A stretch of 64,000 nt of DNA from the NCBI GenBank assembly GCA_963749915.1, contig CAVVOP010000008.1:448001-512000 (forward strand). Direction: 5' to 3'. The stretch comes from an uncultured cyanobacterium. GTDB lineage: Bacteria > Cyanobacteriota > Cyanobacteriia > Cyanobacteriales > Cyanobacteriaceae. This document shows, piece by piece, positions 31,611 through 42,495 of this stretch (its first letter is position 1; every line of letters starts with the position of its first letter). Below the pieces are notes generated by a model that saw only the letters and a list, made by a program, of their open reading frames with translations, had not been told where the DNA came from and searched no databases. The translations under genes were made by a program, and so were the position numbers.

Positions 31611-32612
31611 TTAACTCTTTTTTTCTGTTTTTAACTTGCCATATCTTGTATATAACTTGGGGACGAAAAATTGCTCATTTAATGGTGGGCGTACGTAGTC
31701 CTCAGGAGCTTTTTTCCGTGGTGGCAGTTCCATTGGTTCAGGAGTCATGTCAACGTAGGGAATTTTGCTGAGGACATGACTAATACAATTAAGACGAGCA
31801 CGCTTTTTATCATCAGCATCCACCGTAAACCAGGGTGCTTCGGGAATATTGGTATAAGAAAACATAGTATCCTTTGCTTGGGAATATTCAGCCCAGCGAT
31901 CGCGAGATTCCAGGTCCATGGGGCTTAACTTCCAACGACGGGCTGGGTCTGTTGTCCGAGACTGGAAACGCCGCTCTTGTTCATCATCACTCACGGAGAA
32001 CCAATACTTTAACAAAATAATACCAGATCTGACTAACATACGCTCAAATTCTGGGCAGTCTTGCATAAAATCTCGATACTGCTCATCGTTACAAAAACCC
32101 ATTACATGCTCAACTCCAGCACGGTTATACCAACTACGGTCAAAACAGACTATTTCACCTGCCGCAGGCAAATGAACTATATAGCGTTGGAAGTACCATT
32201 GTGTCTTTTCTATATCACTCGGTGTACCTAATGCTACAACTCGACAACCTCGGGGATTGAGGGGTTCGGTAATACGTTTGATAGTACCACCTTTGCCTGC
32301 GGCATCACGTCCTTCAAACACGATAACAATACGGGCACCAGCATGTTTAACCCAATATTGCATTTTTACCAGTTCTAGTTGCAGACGAGCAAGCTCTTTT
32401 TCATAAAACTTTTTGGGTAGTTTTGAGCTACCTTCCCCTTCAGAAATGTATCGGATAGTTACTCTTTCGCGAATTTTAGGTTGGGATTTCTTCTGGTTCT
32501 TAGATTTTTTGTTTTTTTTCTTTTTGTTATCTACTTTGTTGTCGACTTTGGGAAGATTATTTTCAGGGATTACAGCTTTACAATTATTACCTTTCATAGA
32601 TTTAGCATTCAT
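31611..32612 (-). CDS. ppk2: Polyphosphate kinase 2
   Basis: FEGRDAAGKGG, FDRSWYNRAGVE, WKLSPMD. Confidence 0.95.
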   Translation of the reverse strand: MNAKSMKGNNCKAVIPENNLPKVDNKVDNKKKKNKKSKNQKKSQPKIRERVTIRYISEGEGSSKLPKKFYEKELARLQLELVKMQYWVKHAGARIVIVFEGRDAAGKGGTIKRITEPLNPRGCRVVALGTPSDIEKTQWYFQRYIVHLPAAGEIVCFDRSWYNRAGVEHVMGFCNDEQYRDFMQDCPEFERMLVRSGIILLKYWFSVSDDEQERRFQSRTTDPARRWKLSPMDLESRDRWAEYSQAKDTMFSYTNIPEAPWFTVDADDKKRARLNCISHVLSKIPYVDMTPEPMELPPRKKAPEDYVRPPLNEQFFVPKLYTRYGKLKTEKKS

Positions 32613-32716
32613 AAACACCTACTTGTTATCTCTGGATTTACTTTTTTTCATCATAGCCATAATCAAGCTAGCTGACATGTATTGAAGATCACTAAAGAGA
32701 CAAAGGACATAAAACT

Positions 32717-32938
32717 TTACAGATCAATATTTTCTTCTTCATCGGGTTTATTTTGTATAATAACTTGGTAACTAGCACCAATAACAAAGCCTAAAACTGC
32801 TCCTCCAATTACTGCAACTTTTCTGCGGGAAGGTCTTTCGCTAATATAATTAATTGCCAAACCAAGCATAGCAAAAATAAGGGCATTCATGATTCCCGAA
32901 AAAATAATCATTTTAATATTCACGCTTTCACCTTCCAA
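32717..32938 (-). CDS. Small two-TM membrane protein
   Basis: Two hydrophobic helices, acidic tail. Confidence 0.6.
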   Translation of the reverse strand: MEGESVNIKMIIFSGIMNALIFAMLGLAINYISERPSRRKVAVIGGAVLGFVIGASYQVIIQNKPDEEENIDL

Positions 32939-33101
32939 ATAATGACAAAATTTAGGATATTTCCATTATTAAATATATAGCATTTATCCTATTTATTTTG
33001 AGTTTTGCTATATTCACCTTATTTGATAACAAATGGCACATTTAAGCTGACAAATTCTTCACAAAAGTTGATTCCAAATATTTTGTTCGCTTTAGATTTT
33101 T

Positions 33102-34262
33102 TTATATTTTGGCACGGCGTAAGTTATTAATAGCATTAACGGTGAATTCGGCGACTTTTTTTATCTCCGCGATAGTATTGAATCTGCCAATGCCAAAACG
33201 TAAAGAGGCCTTTGCTAAGTTGTCAGGGTGTCCTAATGCTTTTAATACATGAGAGGGTTTTGTGGAAGTGGAAGAACAAGCCGAACCCGATGAAACAGCG
33301 ATGGCCGATTGTAAAGCTAATAATAATGCTGAACCGTCAACGCCATCAATGCTGATATTCAAGTTTCCTGCTAATCGTTGATTTAAGTCGCCATTTAGAT
33401 ATATTCCCTCCGATTGGCTTAGTTTTTCCCATAAATAATTTCTTAACTCCTGTTGTCGTTGATTTTCGGTACCTAACTCTTGTAAAGCGATTTTTACGGC
33501 CTCAGCAAAACCGACTATTTGCGGTGTACAGAGTGTCCCCGATCGAAAACCCCTTTCTTGTCCTCCCCCGTGAATTTGTGGAGCTAATTTTACTCGTGGA
33601 TTTTTTCGCCGTACATATAACGCTCCAATGCCCTTTATACCGTGAATTTTATGAGCTGTTAATGACATTAAATCAATATTCATTTTTTGCACATCTAAAG
33701 AAATTTTACCGATAGCTTGAGCAGAATCTGTATGAAAAATAATCTCATTTTCGTGACAAATGGCCCCAATTTTAGCAATATCTTGAATAACACCGATTTC
33801 ATTATTTGCCGTCATTACCGACACTAAAATAGTATCAGGGCGAATAGTTTTAGTTAGTAAATTTAAGTGTAATAAACCATTTTTTTCCACTGGTAAAAAA
33901 GTTACCTCAAAACCCAAAGTTTGTAAATACTCGCAAGGCTCAATAACTGCTTTATGTTCTGTTTGTACTGTTATAATATGTCTGCCTTTACTAAAATAAG
34001 CCTCTGCAACCCCTTTGATAGCTAGATTATTGGCTTCCGTTGCTCCACTGGTAAAAATAATCTCCGTTTCTTCGGCGTTAATAGCTTGCGCAATAATACT
34101 TCTAGCCTGTTTTACTGCCGCTTCTGCCTCCCAGCCATAAACGTGGGCGTTGCTGGAAGGATTCCCAAAATAATCGGTAAAATAAGGCATCATAGCTGTT
34201 AAAACCCTCGGATCTACTTGGGTGGTGGCATGGTTATCAAGATAAATAGGATGATTGATCAT
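33102..34262 (-). CDS. iscS: Cysteine desulfurase (IscS/NifS family)
   Basis: YLDNHATT, TSGATEANN, AHKIHG, SSGSAC. Confidence 0.92.
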   Translation of the reverse strand: MINHPIYLDNHATTQVDPRVLTAMMPYFTDYFGNPSSNAHVYGWEAEAAVKQARSIIAQAINAEETEIIFTSGATEANNLAIKGVAEAYFSKGRHIITVQTEHKAVIEPCEYLQTLGFEVTFLPVEKNGLLHLNLLTKTIRPDTILVSVMTANNEIGVIQDIAKIGAICHENEIIFHTDSAQAIGKISLDVQKMNIDLMSLTAHKIHGIKGIGALYVRRKNPRVKLAPQIHGGGQERGFRSGTLCTPQIVGFAEAVKIALQELGTENQRQQELRNYLWEKLSQSEGIYLNGDLNQRLAGNLNISIDGVDGSALLLALQSAIAVSSGSACSSTSTKPSHVLKALGHPDNLAKASLRFGIGRFNTIAEIKKVAEFTVNAINNLRRAKI

Positions 34263-34327
34263 AAGTAATCAGTAGTAATCGGTTTAAAATTTTATACTGA
34301 GCCAATAATATCAAAATCAACCCAGCC

Positions 34328-34553
34328 GTAGTCCAAGCACTCAAAATGTTCTGTCAAATCATCCCTGTAAAAGATTCCGGATTCACAACTGCGGTGCAGT
34401 TAGTGGTGAGCTGTTTCAACTGGATTAGGATTGGATTATAGCCGAAAGAAAACTACTGCTGCTATGAGAGAGAGATAGGGGATCCGTGAAGCGTTGAGTC
34501 TCTTGTAGTTGGCATGAATTAATAATCTATCCCACACGTCTTTGATGGACTAC
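34328..34553. other. GC-richer structured intergenic element (MITE or ncRNA candidate)
   Basis: Terminal GTAGTCCA/TGGACTAC inverted repeat; internal stems AACTGC/GCAGTT, AACTAC/GTAGTT, GATTAT/ATAATC. Confidence 0.4.
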
Positions 34554-34650
34554 CAAAATCTTTTTTATTGAGGCCGTTTTAATAATTCTTAATAAAAAAT
34601 TCATGTTTATCTCATATTTGTGATCATCCATCGATGATATTTTCTTACTT

Positions 34651-35520
34651 ATGTTAATCTTAAAACTAAAATCATTTTTAAATTTAATTCTTAAACTATA
34701 TAAAAGATCTATGAACAGTTCTCAATCTTCTCCCATTCCTAAACCTTCTTTAACTAATATGGATTGGTATGCCATCGCCTGTAAAATAAGGAAACAAAAT
34801 CAGGAATTAAAAGAAAAAACCGTCCAGTTGGAAAAAATAATAGAAGAACAAAAAAACCAAATGAAAGTCCCAGTTATTAAAAATCAAGAATATCAAAAAC
34901 AAAAATCTGTCATTGAAAGTTTAAATAGTGAATTAAAAAAAAATCAACAATTAGCGGCGGGTTTAGAAAGAGAATGCTCCTTACTTCAGGATAAATATAA
35001 CGAAATTCAACATCAATTAAAACAAACAGAAAAGGAAAATAAAGAGTTACAGATTAGACTGCAAAGACAACAACGATATAATATTCAATATAAAGCTGCA
35101 CTAGATCAATATTTAACAGTTTCTTCCCCAACTTCTCCCGATGTTGAAAGCCTGAGAATTGAATCTTGGTCGGAAGATCGGCCCCATAGTCCAATACAAA
35201 ATCCCTCGATCAATTTGTCGTCGGAAGATAAAAATATAAATCAAGAAAATCCTGAACTTGTTTTTAATAATTTAAGTCAAAAAACTGACGAAGATATAGT
35301 ATATGACCTACCAAAAAACCTAGATAATTCTCAATCATTAAATGAAGGCATAAAGCCGAGTATATCTTCTATTTTATCGATAAAAAACCTAAGTCTTCCT
35401 CCTTTAAATAAATCAGAAAAAACCGATAATAATTTAGAGGTAAAAAACTCAGATCATTCTGATAATAGTAAACAAAAAAGTCGTCAATCGTTTTTGAAAT
35501 TACCTAAATTTGGCAAATAA
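34651..35520 (+). CDS. Hypothetical coiled-coil protein
   Basis: LERECSLLQ...LQRQQRYNIQYKAALDQ coiled coil; C-terminal LKLPKF. Confidence 0.7.
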   Translation: MLILKLKSFLNLILKLYKRSMNSSQSSPIPKPSLTNMDWYAIACKIRKQNQELKEKTVQLEKIIEEQKNQMKVPVIKNQEYQKQKSVIESLNSELKKNQQLAAGLERECSLLQDKYNEIQHQLKQTEKENKELQIRLQRQQRYNIQYKAALDQYLTVSSPTSPDVESLRIESWSEDRPHSPIQNPSINLSSEDKNINQENPELVFNNLSQKTDEDIVYDLPKNLDNSQSLNEGIKPSISSILSIKNLSLPPLNKSEKTDNNLEVKNSDHSDNSKQKSRQSFLKLPKFGK

Positions 35521-35562
35521 ACCCCATTGGCAGTTCGCAGTTACTTCTGACAACCAATTTAT

Positions 35563-36294
35563 CTATTTTTTTAGCAAACCCTCATTATTATTACCCTGTT
35601 TCAATTCTAAACAGTATCCAGCACCATATACTGTTTTAATATAACGAGGACGACGGGGATCAGGTTCTAATTTTGTGCGCAAATGTCTAACATGAACTCT
35701 AATGGTTTCAATGTCATCATCCGGATCGTACCCCCATACTTCCTTGAGAATATCACTGGGAGAAACCGTTTGTCCATGACGTTGTAATAAACAATGTAAT
35801 AAATCAAATTCTAAATGAGTTAGTTTGATAGTTTTCTCGAACCAAATTGCCTCAAATCTTTCCGGTACAAGGGTTAAAGATCCATAGTTAAGAATTTCGC
35901 TATATTTTGTTACTTGTGACGTGCGTTCACTTCTTCTTAATAAGGCTTTTACCCTTGCCAACATTTCCTCAACTTCAAAGGGTTTTGTTAAATAATCATC
36001 TGCACCTGCATTAAAACCATCGACTTTATCTTTAGTTTGTGCTAGAGCAGTTAACATTAATACAGGTATATTGGAAGTTCTCTCATCTCGTCTCAATCTT
36101 TGACAGACAGTAAAGCCATCAACTTTCGGTAACATGAGGTCTAACATAATTAAATCTGGTTGGATTTGTAATGCTAAAGCCTGACCTTTAATGCCGTCCT
36201 CTGCCTGGCAAATATCATATCCTGCCATTTCTAAGTTAATGGATACTAGTTCGGCGATCGCTGGGTCGTCATCAATGACTAATATTCGAGACAT
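35563..36294 (-). CDS. rpaA: OmpR-family response regulator RpaA
   Basis: [50 protein letters not shown]. Confidence 0.93.
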   Translation of the reverse strand: MSRILVIDDDPAIAELVSINLEMAGYDICQAEDGIKGQALALQIQPDLIMLDLMLPKVDGFTVCQRLRRDERTSNIPVLMLTALAQTKDKVDGFNAGADDYLTKPFEVEEMLARVKALLRRSERTSQVTKYSEILNYGSLTLVPERFEAIWFEKTIKLTHLEFDLLHCLLQRHGQTVSPSDILKEVWGYDPDDDIETIRVHVRHLRTKLEPDPRRPRYIKTVYGAGYCLELKQGNNNEGLLKK

Positions 36295-36458
36295 TATCAG
36301 TTCTACCTATAATAATTGGTGAATAAAAATTGTATTTGTTTAAAAAAACAAAAACTTATCTTACGGTAAAGATTATAAGCAATATTGTTAAAGATGAATA
36401 AGTTTTATTAACTTTTTATAACTTATAACTTTGGTTCCTCATTTCTGTCTTGATGGAC

Positions 36459-36562
36459 TAGTGGTCTAGCAATTTTGAAATGAGGGATAGCAGGATTCTC
36501 CAAAATCTAAAATCCAAAATTATCCGTTCCCAGTCCCTCAAAACTATCTTGACAGACCACTA
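36459..36562. mobile_element. MITE with TAGTGGTCT(G/A)(T/G)CAA terminal inverted repeats
   Basis: Imperfect TIRs with CTAG at both ends; 36509-36562 is the exact reverse complement of 56365-56418; degenerate end at ~48931-48962. Confidence 0.8.
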
Positions 36563-36568
36563 GTACGC

Positions 36569-37120
36569 TTATCTATCACTGGGCAATTTTACACCAATTT
36601 TACTCACATCAACAGCGTAACCTCCCACGGTTAAATATACGGTGTTGGCGATGCCCCCTACTAAACGGATGACTTTGCCCAAACGTTCACGAAATAAACG
36701 CCCTAAAGGGTAAGCAGGAATAACTCCCCAACCTGTTTCTTCTGCTACTAAGATAATTTCATTAGAGGTATTTTCCAAACTCGACACTAATTTTTCCACT
36801 TGAGTTTGCCAATTAGATTCATCTTTCTCTAAACTGTTGGCAACCCATGTGCCGAGGGAGTCGATTAAGACACAATTATCTTCAGAAGTTTGCCCAATGG
36901 CTGAAGATAAATCCAGGAGAATTTCCCATGTTTGCCAATTTTTTGGTCTTCTTTCCCGATGTTGCTCTATTTTAAGTGCCCATTCTTTATCATTGTCAAC
37001 TTTTTGAGCTGTTGCAATATAAATTACCGGTTTATGACTATTATTTGCTAAATATTCTGCCCATTCACTTTTACCTGAATTTGCCGCTCCTGTGACTAAA
37101 ATTATATTAGAATCGTTCAT
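36569..37120 (-). CDS. cobU: Bifunctional adenosylcobinamide kinase / phosphate guanylyltransferase
   Basis: LVTGAANSGKSEWAE, YIATA, LIDSLGTW, ETGWGVIP. Confidence 0.92.
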   Translation of the reverse strand: MNDSNIILVTGAANSGKSEWAEYLANNSHKPVIYIATAQKVDNDKEWALKIEQHRERRPKNWQTWEILLDLSSAIGQTSEDNCVLIDSLGTWVANSLEKDESNWQTQVEKLVSSLENTSNEIILVAEETGWGVIPAYPLGRLFRERLGKVIRLVGGIANTVYLTVGGYAVDVSKIGVKLPSDR

Positions 37121-37252
37121 ATTGTCACCTAAATATCATTCGAAAACTCAAAAAAAAGATTAGTATTTTTAAACTACTATTTTCGGCTGATTGTGGCAAA
37201 ATAGTAGATAGTTAATGATGATAACCTTATAGTTGAGTAAGAACTAAAAATC

Positions 37253-37687
37253 ATGAATAGTTGTGTTTTAATGGCAAAAATCGTCCGCAATCCCCAATTA
37301 AGATACACCCAAGATAATCAATTGGCGGTTACAGAGATGATGGTAGAGTTTGAAAATCTTTCCCCCAATAGCCCTCCTTCCATGCTCAAAGTCATAGCAT
37401 GGGGTAATTTAGCCACCGATGTTGAACAAAAATACACAGAGGGTAATCAAGTTGTTTTGACTGGACGTTTAAAGATGGATGTGGTGGAAAGACAAGGATA
37501 TAAGGAAAAAATTGCTGAGTTGACGATTTCTCATATTTATCCCCTGGATGGAAATGGTAACAGTAATTCTCCTAGTAATAATGTTGTCAATCTAAATAAT
37601 TATCAACCCGATGATAATGGCGATGATGATGCCATTTTACATGATGACACTGTTGACCCTAATAAATTAGATAATATTCCTTTTTAA
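37253..37687 (+). CDS. Single-stranded DNA-binding protein (cyanobacterial SSB-like)
   Basis: MNSCVLMA, PQLRYT, AWGNLA, acidic tail ending DNIPF. Confidence 0.88.
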   Translation: MNSCVLMAKIVRNPQLRYTQDNQLAVTEMMVEFENLSPNSPPSMLKVIAWGNLATDVEQKYTEGNQVVLTGRLKMDVVERQGYKEKIAELTISHIYPLDGNGNSNSPSNNVVNLNNYQPDDNGDDDAILHDDTVDPNKLDNIPF

Positions 37688-37843
37688 TCATTGACCATTG
37701 ACGGTTAACAAGGTAAAAAGTCAGAAGGCTGGAGTAAAAATATTTGACCATTAAACTAAATAAATTAATTGTTTGATTTTTTTATTTTTTATTTAGTGTT
37801 TCCCTGAGGCAATATTTTAGAATTCATAATTGACAAATTATAG

Positions 37844-39538
37844 TTATTTTTTTACTAAAAGCTTGATTTTATTAACTATTTTAATGATAATTTCCTCCAG
37901 CCATAGGATAAATTGATCTAGTTTTTCTAGTATGATTTGCAAGAGGTGTTTTTCATATTTTATTTCGACAACTTTAGCCTCTATTTCTTCTAAAACTACT
38001 GTTTCTTTCTCCAATTTAACCGGGTTTTCTTCCTGAATAGTGATACTTTTAGAGCCACTTTTTCTTTCTACTATTTTATCATTTTTGTTATGGGCGATCA
38101 CTGATTTTGGAGTTATTTTGATTGTCTTTTCGACAGTTCCGGTTATAATTTCCCTATCATCGGTAAAACTAAGACAATTATTATTAATAGAAGAATCGGA
38201 TAAAGCAGCATAACCATATAAATCTTCCCATGACAACCAAGGATCTGCGACCTCTTCATTAATTACGATAATTTCTGTTTCCGAAAAACTAGGTAAAAAA
38301 CTGTTTTTATTATGATTAGAGGATAAATCATTGGCTTTATTTTTCTTATTAAAAAAGTAATTAATTGCCGCCCAAATTAAAATTTTTACTTGAAAAGGAT
38401 CATCAGGATTATTGAGTTTATTATTGAGATTGTTTTTAGCAATATTAAGTTGATTTAAACCGTAACTAATTAACTTTTTGTTAGTATCTTGCACAAGGAA
38501 AATAATTTTTTCCATGCTATCTTGCCATCGAGTAACTATGTTTTGAATATTGTTATTAGTCGATGAATTTGCTAGAGGGAAATAAGAACTATTTTCATCG
38601 AAAGAAGGCAATTTATAATTATTATTATCACTATTTTCTGTTAAATTATGATGATTACTACCCCGTTTTAAAAAATAGTCAATAGCGGCTTTAATTAAAA
38701 GAAAGATAGATAACTTTTCTTTATTTTCTGGGTTTAATGCTTGGGAACAATTAGCGATATTATTATCTTGATTCTTACTGTTAGCAATTGGACTATCCGC
38801 ATTTGATATATTAAGATTACCTGAAAATATTAGGCTTTCTAAACTGGCAAAAAAATTATCAATTAAGGAGACAATATTATTCTGCTTTGATAGGAATAAG
38901 CTAGAATGTGATTGATTATTTAGTACCAAATCTGATGGATTAAGATTATTAATATCTTGAGAAATCTTAACATCCATTTTTGACTTGTCGAAAATATTAA
39001 ACCAAGCTAAAAATTTAGAAAGAAAGTTAGATTGTGAATCGCAAGGTAAAAGTTGGGCATTAGTCAACTCATCGGCAATATGATCAATAAGCTTCTTAAC
39101 CTCTCCTTGTTTATTGACAGGAATAAGATCAGTAGATTTATTATTTTCTAAAATGCAAATGATATGTTTATCTTTTAAGCGACTGGCAAAACCTTGAAAA
39201 TTTTTGACAGGAAAAGAGATTAATTGAGGGTTAAGATTAATGGCCTCATTAACACTCTTAATTAAGTCATCTCCAGAGGCTAGAGTTTTGGATTGAGGAG
39301 AATCCCTTAAAGGAGACGAGACAGAGGAAGAAACAGGAGAAAAAGTTTTACTAATTTTTTTCGTGGTTTCCCATAGCCAAAATAAAGGAAAAACTAGAGT
39401 TTGTAAACCAGTTTTTGCTACATATCCAAATTCACGGAATTTAACATTAATTTGACTATTAAATTTGATATAATTTCGGTTGATAAAATTAAATAATCGA
39501 CTTTTGTAAGGTTTATTTGATGGTGACGGTGAAGACAT
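37844..39538 (-). CDS. Hypothetical Asn/Ser-rich protein
   Basis: YKSRLFNF N-terminus, repeated LIxAAIxYF, DPWLSWEDL, C-terminal YEKHLLQIILEKLDQFILWLEE. Confidence 0.7.
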   Translation of the reverse strand: MSSPSPSNKPYKSRLFNFINRNYIKFNSQINVKFREFGYVAKTGLQTLVFPLFWLWETTKKISKTFSPVSSSVSSPLRDSPQSKTLASGDDLIKSVNEAINLNPQLISFPVKNFQGFASRLKDKHIICILENNKSTDLIPVNKQGEVKKLIDHIADELTNAQLLPCDSQSNFLSKFLAWFNIFDKSKMDVKISQDINNLNPSDLVLNNQSHSSLFLSKQNNIVSLIDNFFASLESLIFSGNLNISNADSPIANSKNQDNNIANCSQALNPENKEKLSIFLLIKAAIDYFLKRGSNHHNLTENSDNNNYKLPSFDENSSYFPLANSSTNNNIQNIVTRWQDSMEKIIFLVQDTNKKLISYGLNQLNIAKNNLNNKLNNPDDPFQVKILIWAAINYFFNKKNKANDLSSNHNKNSFLPSFSETEIIVINEEVADPWLSWEDLYGYAALSDSSINNNCLSFTDDREIITGTVEKTIKITPKSVIAHNKNDKIVERKSGSKSITIQEENPVKLEKETVVLEEIEAKVVEIKYEKHLLQIILEKLDQFILWLEEIIIKIVNKIKLLVKK

Positions 39539-39643
39539 ATAAGTGAATGGGCTTTATTGCATCAAATCAGAATAAAAGTATTGCCAAGAAAAAATCAACT
39601 AAAATAGGGAACAGCTACACAAGACTTACTGTTTCTAAAACGA

Positions 39644-40036
39644 CTACTGAGAGGAATCAAAACCGATCACAAAAAATTGATTTAAAATACCAATGGTTTC
39701 AAAATTATAAATATAGAGATTAGTTTCATAAATGCTAAATAGCAGATAATTACGCTTTTGAGTGGTTTTCTCGATTAAATTTGGTACTTGACTTTTACCC
39801 GTATCTATCATCAAGTTACACACCTGACTTTTAATCGCCTCCTCGATGTTTTCGGATTTAGCGATACAAACATTTTCTTTAGCATATTTTATCAACTGCT
39901 CGGCGGCAAACTCCTCGTATTTTTTCTGTGAGGGATTAGTAAAAAACAATAACACACCGAATATTAAAAATAAACTGCCTCCAATGGTCATAGTAACAGA
40001 TAGAGGACTTCCTTGTTCAGAGGCTAGTGGATTCAT
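39644..40036 (-). CDS. DUF4359 family protein
   Basis: TM then TNPS..YE, RNYLLFSIYET, ETIGILNQF. Confidence 0.8.
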   Translation of the reverse strand: MNPLASEQGSPLSVTMTIGGSLFLIFGVLLFFTNPSQKKYEEFAAEQLIKYAKENVCIAKSENIEEAIKSQVCNLMIDTGKSQVPNLIEKTTQKRNYLLFSIYETNLYIYNFETIGILNQFFVIGFDSSQ

Positions 40037-40102
40037 AGGGCCAAATTTTTAATAATTACTGGATCATTTTGCTAAAATATGTTATTATAGTGTGGTGTGA
40101 CG

Positions 40103-40175
40103 GCGAGCGTCGCCAAGTGGTTAAGGCAGTGGTTTGTGGTACCGCCATCCGTGGGTTCGAATCCCATCGTTCGCC
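40103..40175 (+). tRNA. trnH: tRNA-His(GUG)
   Basis: Acceptor GCGAGCG/CGTTCGC with encoded G-1 (40102); anticodon GTG at 40136-40138; GGTTCGAATCC T-arm. Confidence 0.96.
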
Positions 40176-40311
40176 CTTTTTATAAAACTGGGAGACTACC
40201 AGAGTAAACTGTTAGTGTCCGTGGGAGAAATGCAAAAAACAACAACTGCATTGAATATTTAAGATCTTTATTATTAATATAATCTATTCCTTGCCCTCCC
40301 CAAAACATTTT

Positions 40312-41604
40312 TTAGCAATTCTTTAAAAACTTTGCCACTTCGGGATAATGGTTATACTCAGCTAAACTGGCGGCAGTGTAACCTTCTCGATTTCGGTGGT
40401 GAATGTCAATATCTTTTCCCTTCAGTAATAATTTTACCCCTTCCAAATGTCCTCGATGTGCCGCCCACATTAATGCTGTGCCTCCCCCTTTATCTTCCAA
40501 GTTGAGATCAGCTCCAGCTTTTAATAGGTGTGACATCAATTCCAAATTGTTTTGATCACACACTTTCATTAATACTGTCTTTCCATCTCCTAGTCGTGTA
40601 TTCGGATCTGCTCCGGCTTGTATTAAATATATCGCTATTTTTTGCCAACCATTGACGATGGCTAAACCGAGGGGAGTGTCTTGTTGATTATTAAAGTTGG
40701 GATTTGCTCCATAGGTCAACAATTCTCCTACTATTTCTGTATGACCTTGTAAAGTGGCAATCAGTAAAGGGGAATCTCGATCTTGGTTGATGATATTAAC
40801 TTCTACCCCTGCTTTCAATAGTCGTTCCACGATGTCTAAATGACCTTCTAATACCGCTAAATGTAGAGGGCTATCCCCTGTAATGTCTTGATGATTAACC
40901 TCTGCTCCTGCTTGTAATAACCTCTCTACAATAGCCGAATTGCCGTGAGCCGAAGCCGTCATTAAAGGAGTTACTCCGTCGCGATTACCTTGATTCACAT
41001 TAACTTTTTTTTCGAGTAATAAATTGACCATCGTTAAATTATCGGTGTCAATGGCGATACTTAAGGCACCATCATCAATATATAAATCTGCCCCATAATC
41101 AGTTAAAAGGCTAACAACTTGCCTATGATTGGATTTAATAGCTAAATAAAGGGCGTTATCTCCATCTAAATCTTGATGGTTAATATCAGCATTATTTTTT
41201 AATAGCATCTCCACAATGGCGGTAAATCCTTTATAACTAGCAATCATCAATGACGAAGTTTCATCATCGTTGGTAAGGTTAACGTCTGCACCATGAGCAA
41301 TTAATGTTTGACAAATTAAGAGATGGTTTCCTGCACAGGCAAACATTAAAGGTGTCATGAGATGGGGAGGAATTCGAAAGTTAACCTCTGCCTTAGCATT
41401 GATTAATATTTCGACAATTTCCGTGTATCCCTGTTGGATGGCATAAATGAGAGATTGATTTTTTTCTTCTTGGCTAATGAGATCAAAGTCAGATTTCGAT
41501 TCTAATATTTTTTTTAGTTCGTTGATATTATTGCTGATGACTGCTGGATGTACACGGAATTGATGATTCATAATTTTATTCTTGGCTGGCATAACCGAAG
41601 ACAT
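40312..41604 (-). CDS. Ankyrin-repeat protein
   Basis: About 11 GxTPLxxAxxxG-type repeats. Confidence 0.93.
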   Translation of the reverse strand: MSSVMPAKNKIMNHQFRVHPAVISNNINELKKILESKSDFDLISQEEKNQSLIYAIQQGYTEIVEILINAKAEVNFRIPPHLMTPLMFACAGNHLLICQTLIAHGADVNLTNDDETSSLMIASYKGFTAIVEMLLKNNADINHQDLDGDNALYLAIKSNHRQVVSLLTDYGADLYIDDGALSIAIDTDNLTMVNLLLEKKVNVNQGNRDGVTPLMTASAHGNSAIVERLLQAGAEVNHQDITGDSPLHLAVLEGHLDIVERLLKAGVEVNIINQDRDSPLLIATLQGHTEIVGELLTYGANPNFNNQQDTPLGLAIVNGWQKIAIYLIQAGADPNTRLGDGKTVLMKVCDQNNLELMSHLLKAGADLNLEDKGGGTALMWAAHRGHLEGVKLLLKGKDIDIHHRNREGYTAASLAEYNHYPEVAKFLKNC

Positions 41605-41736
41605 CGAGACTTGAATTTACTTAGTCACTCGAATAACAAAAAAATAGACTGAGCAATTGCGGTCAAATTTGAGTATCATAGGATAGGTTAATTAAATCTT
41701 AACTCAAGAAGTCGAATTGCAATTAATTAAATTAAT

Positions 41737-41985
41737 ATGGTTAAATTACGTTTGAAGCGATTAGGAAAAAAAAGAGAAGTTAGTTATCGTATTGTCGCGA
41801 TGAATAGTCGTGATCGTCGAGATGGAAGAGCTTTAGAGGAATTAGGCTTTTATAACCCCAGAAGTGATGAAACTAGATTAAATGTACCGGCTATTCTCAC
41901 CAGACTAAAACAAGGCGCTCAACCCACCGAGACTGTACGCCGTATTTTAGACAAAGCAAAGGTATTTGAACAAGTAAATGCTTAA
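41737..41985 (+). CDS. rpsP: 30S ribosomal protein S16
   Basis: [12 protein letters not shown]...[15 protein letters not shown]. Confidence 0.98.
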   Translation: MVKLRLKRLGKKREVSYRIVAMNSRDRRDGRALEELGFYNPRSDETRLNVPAILTRLKQGAQPTETVRRILDKAKVFEQVNA

Positions 41986-42397
41986 TAGTGAACTAAACAT
42001 CAATATAAATGATAGTGAATCCAAACCTGATTATGACGGGTTAGTGCGTTTTTTGATTGAGCCTTTACTCGAATCCCCAGAATTGTTGAGCTTTGATTGT
42101 GAGCAAATTTCTAGCACGAGAAGGATTTGGATTCGTCTAGCTTTTGAGGAAAACGAGAAGGGCAAAGTATATGGTAGAGGCGGTCGTAACATTCAGGCCG
42201 TGAGAACTGTATTACAAACAGCCGCACAAGTTGCTGGAGATACTCTTTATTTGGAAATATATGAGGATCAAGAACGCACCAGATTGAGACGACAAAAACC
42301 TCCTTTGCGTTCCTCTGTACCCCCTAGATCACCCGGTGATGACATTTCTCGCCCTCCTATTAGAAGACGTAGTCCTGTCATTAAACCTCAGTTTTAG
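41978..42397 (+). CDS. khpA: KH-domain RNA-binding protein (KhpA-like)
   Basis: [15 protein letters not shown]; overlaps rpsP. Confidence 0.88.
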   Translation: MLNSELNININDSESKPDYDGLVRFLIEPLLESPELLSFDCEQISSTRRIWIRLAFEENEKGKVYGRGGRNIQAVRTVLQTAAQVAGDTLYLEIYEDQERTRLRRQKPPLRSSVPPRSPGDDISRPPIRRRSPVIKPQF

Positions 42398-42495
42398 TGA
42401 TTAAAACAATCTCGATTATTAGATAAAAATACGCTACAATTTTTCAGATCAAACTGATTTTGTGGCGTTTTTTTGTAAATTAGGAGTTGTTGGGG

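Noticed and set aside
40103..41604. tRNA-His as an island integration site carrying the ankyrin gene
   Set aside because: No integrase, no duplicated tRNA 3' end, and the ankyrin gene has host-like composition.
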